DNA of 64,000 bases from Myxococcota bacterium (GTDB taxonomy: Bacteria > Myxococcota_A > UBA796 > CAJQPC01). Position 1 is the first letter of the stretch, and every line of letters starts with the position of its first letter. The stretch is from contig DASCPX010000198.1 in the NCBI GenBank assembly GCA_036012755.1, positions 1 through 64,000 of the forward strand, in the 5' to 3' direction. Below, piece by piece: positions 57,541-64,000 of the stretch. The translations under genes were made by a program, and so were the position numbers. The notes under the pieces were generated by a model that saw only the letters and a program-made list of their open reading frames with translations, had not been told where the DNA came from and did no database searches.

Positions 57541-58556
57541 TCGATCCTCGCCTCGGCGCGGGCCGGGTCCTGAACTCCGCCCTCGACCGCATGCGGCTGA
57601 GGCGAGCGCCAAGCCGTCCTCGGCAGATCCACTTCTCGGTCACGGACCGCTGCTTCCTGCCCTGTCTGCACTGCGACATCTGGAAGAACGAGGCAGTCGA
57701 TCTGCCGACAGAGGTGTGGCTCGGCGTGCTCGACCGGCTGGCGCAGTGGGTCGGGCCGGCCAGCGTCAACTTCGTCGGCGGCGAGCCCTTGCTGCGGCGT
57801 GACCTCGAGGAGCTCATGGCTCACGCCGTGCGGCTCGGGAACGAGGTCACATTCAACACAAACGGCTGGCTGGTCACAGAGAAGCGGGCTGCGGCGATGG
57901 CGGCAGCGGGTGTGTCCATCGCCTATGTCTCCATGGACGGCGTCCGCGAGTCCACCGTCGACCACAGCCGGGGGCGAAAGAAGTCGTGGCGCTACTGCAT
58001 GAAGGCCTTCGATCTCCTCGACGCGGCGCGGGGACCGCGTGTGGTCGTGACCTGCATCCTGAACAAGACCAACGCAGAGGAGATCGGCGAGCTCCTCGAG
58101 TTCGTGCGGGATCGCGGCTACCAACTCGTCGTGCAGCCTCTGTACCAGAACTTCGGCTACGTCAAGTACGATCCCAACTGGTGGAGATCGAGCGAGCTGT
58201 GGCCCTCTGACATGGGCCCGATCGACGCGGCGGTGGACCTGTTGATCGAGGAGCGCAGGCGAGGGGGCCCTGTCTGCAACTCGGTGGGCCAGCTGGCGGC
58301 GATGAAGTCCTACTTCCGGGACCCGGTGACCTTCAACGGCCTGACCTGCAAAGCCGGGCACTCCGACCTGTCCTTCGATCCCCAGGGCAACATCCGTCTG
58401 TGCTACTTCCTCGAGCCCGTCGCGACGGTGTACGACATGGCGCCCCTGGCGGCGATCTGGGACTCGCCGAGGACGCTCCGGAGGAGGCACGAAGTCAGCA
58501 GGTGTGAGAGGAGCTGCAACTTGCTGAACTGCAACTTCGACCGAGACGACTTGTAG
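57537..58556 (+). CDS. Radical SAM/SPASM protein
   Basis: TDRCFLPCLHC, GGEP, NTNG, SMDG; CKAG..GNIRLC..CERSCNLLNC; GTGA overlap. Confidence 0.93.
   Translation: MIDPRLGAGRVLNSALDRMRLRRAPSRPRQIHFSVTDRCFLPCLHCDIWKNEAVDLPTEVWLGVLDRLAQWVGPASVNFVGGEPLLRRDLEELMAHAVRLGNEVTFNTNGWLVTEKRAAAMAAAGVSIAYVSMDGVRESTVDHSRGRKKSWRYCMKAFDLLDAARGPRVVVTCILNKTNAEEIGELLEFVRDRGYQLVVQPLYQNFGYVKYDPNWWRSSELWPSDMGPIDAAVDLLIEERRRGGPVCNSVGQLAAMKSYFRDPVTFNGLTCKAGHSDLSFDPQGNIRLCYFLEPVATVYDMAPLAAIWDSPRTLRRRHEVSRCERSCNLLNCNFDRDDL
58530..58543 (+). repeat. Direct repeat copy 1 (TGCAACTTCGACCG)
   Basis: Identical 14-mer at 59701-59714, with degenerate similarity in the flanks. Confidence 0.8.
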
Positions 58557-58570
58557 CTACGCGATTCCAG

Positions 58571-59062
58571 TCACTCGAAGCAGTCGGTCTCGACGTCCGA
58601 CTCGTAGACCACCAGGTCCGCCCAACAGGTGTCTGCGGAGACAGTGGTGGCCGTGCCGTCGGAGTACAGGACGACGTTCGTACCGGAGACCCACGCCGCG
58701 TCGCTGATGACCAGGGCGTTGGCCTTCGCCGCGCCATCGACCTTGAAGTCCACGGTCAGGGCGCTGTGGTCGACCTCGAAGACCAGGCTCACCCATTGGC
58801 CGGCGGTGATGATGTTCTTGGAGCAGCTCGCGATGGTGGTCGAGGAGCTGTGGGTATCGCCCCCGGTCATCCACGAGTTGCTCGTGTCCGTGCCGAACCA
58901 CAGAGCGTCATAGACGTCTCTCGTGCCGTAGCGCTCGCCGTAGGCGTAGACGTCGAAGGACCGGTCCGCGCTGCTCCCCGGCCACCAGACATCGACCTCG
59001 ATGCGCTCGTAGTCCTTGGAGCCGTGCGTGACCGGGATGTACGAGTAGTTCCAGTCGCTGCT
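58571..59062 (-). pseudogene. C-terminal fragment of a lectin/jelly-roll-like secreted protein
   Basis: Beta-rich frame with GQWVSLVFEVD..FKVDG; no start codon of its own. Confidence 0.55.
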
Positions 59063-59064
59063 CT

Positions 59065-59286
59065 GAGCGCCTCGATGCGGTGCCGGGGCGCGGTGATGCC
59101 CTCGATCCGGTTGCTGGACTCGGTGGACTCGATGACCGCGGCCTGGCGCAGCGACTCCAGGCGCTCGGGCTGCTGGTGTACGAACAGCTCCTGCCGCCCG
59201 CGGGCCTCGCCGAGCGCGCTGAGCGCCGCGACCTGGTCGGTCGTGAAGCTCAGGCTGGCGAGGAAGGCCGGGTTGAAGCTGTGCGT
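59065..59286 (-). pseudogene. Fic-family protein N-terminal remnant (start codon reads ACG)
   Basis: HSFNPAFL..LGEARGRQELF..LRQAAVIESTESSNRIEGI; not in the ORF track. Confidence 0.8.
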
Positions 59287-59486
59287 GGCGGGCCAATCGG
59301 AGGCGGGGGCCCGGCGAGCCTAGTCGCGTAGGGACGCCACGTAAGGAGGTAATGAGGCGGTCTCCTTACCTCGTTTATGGTCCGGACTACGCATTCCGCC
59401 ACCAACCCCTCCGCCAGCGCCAGAACCTCCTGCAACTCGCCGCCGCGGAACACGCCCCCGGATGCCTCGTTGGTGGGCCATCGTGA

Positions 59487-59672
59487 GCCCAGCTGGGCGA
59501 GCACCCCGGCACGGGAGCCACGCGGTGGGCACACGAACTGGGTCTGCCTGGGCTTCGGAGCTGGAGCCTGCGCCGTCACCCCTACGTCGTCTTCTACCTT
59601 GAGCGGGAAGACCACCTGGATGTCTGGCGCGTGCTTCACGGGCGGCGGGACATTCCGCCCAGGCTCTCCTGA
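59487..59672 (+). pseudogene. parE: RelE/ParE toxin C-terminal remnant
   Basis: HPGTGATRWAHELGLPGLRSW..HPYVVFY..DVWRVLHGRRDIP; not in the ORF track. Confidence 0.8.
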
Positions 59673-59700
59673 GCCCCGGCGTAGGACCAACCCTGCAGAA

Positions 59701-59714
59701 TGCAACTTCGACCG
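59701..59714 (+). repeat. Direct repeat copy 2 (TGCAACTTCGACCG)
   Basis: Matches the 3' end of the radical SAM gene at 58530-58543. Confidence 0.8.
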
Positions 59715-59719
59715 GGATT

Positions 59720-60346
59720 CTAGATCCGGACTGTGTAGGGGAAGCGCCTGTGGACCTTGACGTACCCGTGGCCCAAGTGCCAGAGATCGTTCAATGGATC
59801 GGCGCTGACTCCGAAGCCGCCGAGCTCCTGGGGGATGTGGACGCGGGACTCCCAGCCCAGGCTGAAGAGCCAGGTGCTGTCTGTGTCGAGTGCTTGCTCG
59901 AACTCGACTCTGGCGCTCAGGCCAGGTCGTAGGAAGAGGGTCGGCGCCAGCGCTGGACCGTGGAGGTACATGGCCGTGGCGATCACGCCCGCGTCGACAT
60001 CTATGGGGCCGAGCGGGACGCCCATGCCGATGAAGCGCCAGCCCAGACCGTAGAGCCCTGCTCCTTGGACGGGCGGGGACAGGTAGATCACATCCGGGAT
60101 CCAGATCTTTGGGGTGATCCGGACCTCGTCCATGTCCTTGAGCATCGAGCGGTATTCCCTAGGGATCCGCTTCTTGTTCTGCTGGAGCGTCTCCTTGTCG
60201 ATCACCGCCTGGAGCGAGAACAGCAGCGCGCCGTACACGGGCTGTTGAGCGAAGGCCTCGCCGTTGGGGACGACCGCGCAGGGGCCGACGCCGACGTCGA
60301 CGGGGACCGTGACCTTGGCCGCGAAGGCCGACGCGAGGAGCCACAT
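59720..60346 (-). CDS. Hypothetical secreted/outer-membrane beta-rich protein
   Basis: MWLLASAFAA signal; TAGTGT 5 nt before ATG; amphipathic strands. Confidence 0.7.
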   Translation of the reverse strand: MWLLASAFAAKVTVPVDVGVGPCAVVPNGEAFAQQPVYGALLFSLQAVIDKETLQQNKKRIPREYRSMLKDMDEVRITPKIWIPDVIYLSPPVQGAGLYGLGWRFIGMGVPLGPIDVDAGVIATAMYLHGPALAPTLFLRPGLSARVEFEQALDTDSTWLFSLGWESRVHIPQELGGFGVSADPLNDLWHLGHGYVKVHRRFPYTVRI

Positions 60347-60470
60347 GCCCCACACTACCCGGCGCCCATCGGGATCGTCGTGTCGATCATCGCCGTCGGA
60401 CTGACCTTCCGCGCCGGGGCAAAGACCTGGTTCGCGGGCTGAATCCTCTGCTCTCTTCCGGGACGCAGCT

Positions 60471-61442
60471 TCATGCTCGCTCTGACTCGGTGAATCGAGC
60501 GACGAACTCACGTAGCTCAGCCGCCAGGTCGTCGGGTGTGATTCGCTCGCCCCAGAACATCGGGTCGATCGCGTCCAGACTGGCGCGCACCTCGGCCCAG
60601 CGCGGGCCGTCGTCAGGGTTCAGCGAGGGGTCCACGGGACCAGGCAGGAGCTTCTTCTCAGGTGTCTCCTTCATGTGTCGGACGAGCTCCGCCAACGAGC
60701 CCTCGAGCGCGGGCAGCTCGGACTGGCGGCGCACGATCCAGGCGCAGTCCTCGTAGTGACGGGCGAAGGTCGCGGCGGAGAGGTCGGCCCGGGCGAACTT
60801 CTTGCGGATCGCGTCGAGCTTCTCTACGCAGGTCACGAGCGGGTGGATGCAGTGAACCTGCCTGGGGCGGTTGTCCTGGTACTCCCGAGACAGATCGAGG
60901 TGATCGAGGTGGTCGTGCACCCACGAGGAGATGTCGACATGAGAGCCTGGCTCGACCCGGGCCCAGCCGATCTCCAGCTTCACGTCCCGGACCATTGAGT
61001 CAGGCAGCCCCTCCACGTGACGGCCAGGGTAGGCCACACGGATCTCAGCACCTCGGACCCACTCGTCGTCGACCAGTCCGCGAGTGACCTCGCAGTCCGC
61101 GATTGCGTCTGCCAGCCGAGTGGTGACGGCGCCAAACCACGCGTCCCGCGCTGGCGGACCTTGTTTCCTGTTGTGGATGGAGAAGGCCGGCTCGGTGAGC
61201 CCGCTGGCCCCTTCGCCCAGCCGAGCGTCGATGTCCTCTGAGAAGCGGTGGATGAGTCCGAAGCCCTTGGAGAGGGAGGTTCCGCCCTTGAACCAGATGT
61301 CGAATCCAGCCTGCTGGATGGACCAGAGCGTGTGGACCACCCAGTAGTCCTTCTCGACCATGGCAACGCCAATCTCCGGGTGCTTCGCGGCGACGATGGA
61401 GAGCAGCTGGCCCCACTCGGGGTCGTTGTGGACGAAGCTCAT
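60471..61442 (-). CDS. AbiEii/AbiGii nucleotidyltransferase toxin (type IV TA)
   Basis: VEKDYWV, FKGGTSLSKGF.LIHRFSEDID, EKL, RHYED. Confidence 0.93.
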   Translation of the reverse strand: MSFVHNDPEWGQLLSIVAAKHPEIGVAMVEKDYWVVHTLWSIQQAGFDIWFKGGTSLSKGFGLIHRFSEDIDARLGEGASGLTEPAFSIHNRKQGPPARDAWFGAVTTRLADAIADCEVTRGLVDDEWVRGAEIRVAYPGRHVEGLPDSMVRDVKLEIGWARVEPGSHVDISSWVHDHLDHLDLSREYQDNRPRQVHCIHPLVTCVEKLDAIRKKFARADLSAATFARHYEDCAWIVRRQSELPALEGSLAELVRHMKETPEKKLLPGPVDPSLNPDDGPRWAEVRASLDAIDPMFWGERITPDDLAAELREFVARFTESERA

Positions 61443-61996
61443 CGAAGCGCTCCCCGGACCACGGCCTGTTCGGACCTCCTCCCGTACGCGCGCGCTGCCT
61501 CCCAAAGCGCTGCAGGGTCCAGTGCTCCGGCCTGCACTCGGCTGCGCAGCCGCGCGGTCACCACCTGTCGGTCGCCTCCCACGGAGTCGAGATTCCTGAG
61601 CAGATCGACGACGTACCACTCGGGCGTCGGGTCCGTTGGGAACGTGACTCGCCGAAACCGGAAGCGCCGCCTTCCCAGCAGGTACTCGCCACTGACCTTG
61701 GTGTTGTAGACGAGCGGCAGCGCATGCATCGCAGTCGTGCCGAGCTGCAGCGCGTTCCAACGCTCCGGTCCTGTCACGACATGGGGCCCGCCGCCCAGGA
61801 AGGCGTCGAGCAAGGCGTCGTCGCTGGGCGGGACCTCACCGAACCTCGAGCGTCGTGGGCAGTAGTAGAGCCCGTGCCGCAGTCGCTGCAGCTGCCCTTG
61901 TTCTACGAGTCGACCCACCAGGCGGGCGGGGTTGCTGTCCCACCGGGCGAAGTGCTGAGTCCGGTAGCACGCCCCGGGCTCGAGGGTCGGCCTCAT
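61439..61996 (-). CDS. AbiEi-like (DUF6088-like) antitoxin
   Basis: wHTH-like LVEQGQLQRLRHGLYY.P..SRFG, WNAL.LGTT, VYN; ATGA overlap with the toxin. Confidence 0.8.
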   Translation of the reverse strand: MRPTLEPGACYRTQHFARWDSNPARLVGRLVEQGQLQRLRHGLYYCPRRSRFGEVPPSDDALLDAFLGGGPHVVTGPERWNALQLGTTAMHALPLVYNTKVSGEYLLGRRRFRFRRVTFPTDPTPEWYVVDLLRNLDSVGGDRQVVTARLRSRVQAGALDPAALWEAARAYGRRSEQAVVRGALR

Positions 61997-61997
61997 G

Positions 61998-62023
61998 GTA
62001 GGAAATCTCCGCAGAATAGCTAC
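61998..62023 (-). promoter_or_regulatory. Imperfect inverted repeat overlapping a TATTCT -10 box; candidate TA operator
   Basis: GTAGGAAATCT-ccgc-AGAATAGCTAC, 8 of 11 positions complementary, immediately upstream of the antitoxin ATG. Confidence 0.45.
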
Positions 62024-62091
62024 ATGATAGACGCAGTCCCGCGGCCTGGCAACCCGCCCGTGCCGGTGCTGGCTCTGGCGGTCCGACGGTC

Positions 62092-63978
62092 TCAGCGACC
62101 CAGCGTCGCCCAGGGTCCCGAGCATGACCTCCCAGGCGTCAGGCGGGCGCCCGACACCAGGTCGAGGGCCTCGACCGCGGCGGTGCTGGACTCCCGCGGC
62201 AGGTGGACGGTGCCCCAGCCCTCGATGGCGATGACGCGCTCCTGCTCTCGGTCCTCCATGTGCGCATCGGCGCGTCGCTCTGGCAGCAGCCGAGCCAGGT
62301 GGCGGAGCGCGAAGAGCGCGGGGCGCGGGTTGCAGCGCCGATCCAGCAGGCCGTTTCGCGGGTAGTAGCCCCGGTCGTGGTCGACCAGGGTGTCGAGGAA
62401 CACGGCCAGGTGCGGATGGGCCCAGGCCGAGATCGCGGCCTCGGCCACCCGCAGGGCGACGGCTCGGTCGTCGGTGAAGGCCACGCCCTCGCCGGCGCGG
62501 GGGAGTTGGAGCCGGACCACCCCGGGCCTGGCCTCCGCCAGCGCCTCCCACGGCCTGCGATCCGGCGGTACCCGCAGGACGGGCTCGCTCCTGCCGAGCT
62601 CTGGGATGCCCTCGCCGACGAGGAAGCCGTGCTCCGGGAAGTGACTGAAGTACTGGCCGTCCCGTGCCCTCTCTCCGCCCACCCGCGAGACCCACGTGGG
62701 CACGTCCAGCCCGAAGGCGTCGATGGCAGCCACCGCAGCCGCGAGCCGAGGCCGGGGCACGATGACCTCCCATCCCCACGCAAGATCCGGGCGACCGCCG
62801 ACGAGCACAGCGGTCGCAGCATCCGGCACGCCCGTCGAGAACACCAGGAAGCGCGCTCCCCGCGCCGCCAGGGCCTCCATGCGCGCCAGGCGCCGCGGGT
62901 GGGCCAGGTCCCCGGCGGGCACCCGCAGCCGCGTGATGCCGGCGTCCCAGAGGCCGTGGACGAGTCCGTCCTGGCGGGCCTCCTTGCGGTGGAACTCGTC
63001 CAGGTTGCCGAAGGGCACCTCCCTCGGCAGCGACCAGTCGTGGCGAAGGGATGCCCCCAGCGGTCCGGGCGGCGTCGCCCCCAGGCCTGGGAGCAGCGCC
63101 GGGTGGCGGTCCTCCAGCGGAGCCAGGTGGGGATCCTCGGTCCGGACGAGCTCGAGCTCGTAGCCCTCGGACTTCACGTGAATCAGCGCGAAGCCCAGCT
63201 TCGCCGGGTCGTCTCGGCCGTACTCGCCGCCTGGGCCGACATCGGCCAGCTCGGCGTACTCGGGCCTCACGAAGGCGCTCGAGGGCAAGACGTGCAGGTC
63301 CACGTCACCGAGCCGATCGAAGAAGACGTTGTGTACGTGGCCGGCGAAGAGCGCCTCGACCCCGTGGGCCTCCAGGAGTCCCAGGAGCCGACTCCGCCCG
63401 GGCTCCGCGAGGTTGTCGTAGTGCTCCGGCTCGCGGGGCTCGCAGAGGTAGGGCGGGTAGTGCACGAAGACGAAGCAGCGCTTGGTGCCCGCTGTCTCCA
63501 GGTCCGCCTCGAGCCAGGCCCACTGCTCTTCCTCGCGCTGTGAGCCGGTGTTGAGGATGGGGGTGTCGAGCCAGACGAAGTGCACGCCGTGGAGGTCGAA
63601 GGAGCCCCAGGGCGCGCCCCACGCGGCGGTGAACACCCGGTGCTCGTCCTCGCCGACCCCTGGGGCGTTCGCCCAGGGCCGCGGCTTGTCTCCGACGTCG
63701 TGGTTTCCCGGGACCACGGTCAGACCGAGCTCACCGAAGGCCGCGTAGGTCTCCTTCGCGATGTCCAGGGCGACCCCGTGCGCTGCCAGCCCTGGCACCG
63801 GGTGGGGCACGTCTCCGAGGTGCACGATGTGGGCCGGACGGGCAGCTACTACCTGGGCAACCGCCCGCCGGTTCCGGTCGTTGTGGCCGGCGTCAGAGGG
63901 GTGCGATGACTGCGGATCGTCACCGGGGAGCCGGAAGTGACTGTCGGCGATGACGGCGAAGTGGAAGAGAGAGGTCAC
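62092..63978 (-). CDS. Calcineurin-like metallophosphoesterase with a large unknown C-terminal domain
   Basis: IADSH, HLGD, PGNHD, VHYP, AGHVH. Confidence 0.88.
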   Translation of the reverse strand: MTSLFHFAVIADSHFRLPGDDPQSSHPSDAGHNDRNRRAVAQVVAARPAHIVHLGDVPHPVPGLAAHGVALDIAKETYAAFGELGLTVVPGNHDVGDKPRPWANAPGVGEDEHRVFTAAWGAPWGSFDLHGVHFVWLDTPILNTGSQREEEQWAWLEADLETAGTKRCFVFVHYPPYLCEPREPEHYDNLAEPGRSRLLGLLEAHGVEALFAGHVHNVFFDRLGDVDLHVLPSSAFVRPEYAELADVGPGGEYGRDDPAKLGFALIHVKSEGYELELVRTEDPHLAPLEDRHPALLPGLGATPPGPLGASLRHDWSLPREVPFGNLDEFHRKEARQDGLVHGLWDAGITRLRVPAGDLAHPRRLARMEALAARGARFLVFSTGVPDAATAVLVGGRPDLAWGWEVIVPRPRLAAAVAAIDAFGLDVPTWVSRVGGERARDGQYFSHFPEHGFLVGEGIPELGRSEPVLRVPPDRRPWEALAEARPGVVRLQLPRAGEGVAFTDDRAVALRVAEAAISAWAHPHLAVFLDTLVDHDRGYYPRNGLLDRRCNPRPALFALRHLARLLPERRADAHMEDREQERVIAIEGWGTVHLPRESSTAAVEALDLVSGARLTPGRSCSGPWATLGR

Positions 63979-64000
63979 AGGCTGCTCGGCCTAACCCCTT

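Noticed and set aside
59341..59410. tRNA 3' fragment (TTCCGCCACCA) or structured ncRNA with a GTAAGGAG/CTCCTTAC hairpin
   Set aside because: No T-loop GTTC motif or cloverleaf precedes the CCA. The 8-bp stem is present but too short to assign a function.
1..64000. Genome-wide TAG reassignment
   Set aside because: TAG ends many genes at natural C-termini (dpgA ..LVRW, pilI ..RDFK, sulfatase), often right before or overlapping the next start.

Overview
High-GC bacterial genomic DNA, most likely a Myxococcota-like lineage. That placement is inferred from MopE-type/FG-GAP surface proteins, a PEGA-tailed Ser/Thr kinase, the pilH-pilI-pilD order and many Asp-rich lipoproteins. I read about 60 genes or gene remnants and found no rRNA, tRNA or CRISPR array. 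Main modules: (1) a split methionine synthase (corrinoid protein, Hcy methyltransferase, reactivation domain) coupled to a non-pyrrolysine MttB, divergent from a B12-dependent radical SAM gene; (2) BatA-like vWA genes and an MgtC/DUF4010 pair; (3) two tandem, complementarily degenerate isocitrate dehydrogenase paralogs; (4) two MscS genes flanking a large membrane protein with a degenerate P-loop; (5) an orphan DpgA/DpgB type III PKS cluster with crotonase, GATase, GGT and GNAT; (6) an IS21 remnant followed by a lower-GC cassette and an HNH gene; (7) the strongest candidate for an undescribed system, a 10-gene minus-strand run joining Twitch/SPASM radical SAM enzymes (one split into two genes) and a DegT aminotransferase to pilH/pilI/pilD, with two more radical SAM genes transcribed divergently; (8) a decayed island with Fic and ParE remnants, bounded by a duplicated gene end, near an intact AbiE-type toxin-antitoxin pair. 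Three patterns run across the window: ultra-short, charge-free lipoprotein signal peptides; TANNNT boxes 5-8 nt before start codons, suggesting leaderless mRNAs; and internally collapsed or frameshifted genes, which may be real decay or assembly error. All family calls come from motif recognition by eye; no searches were run.
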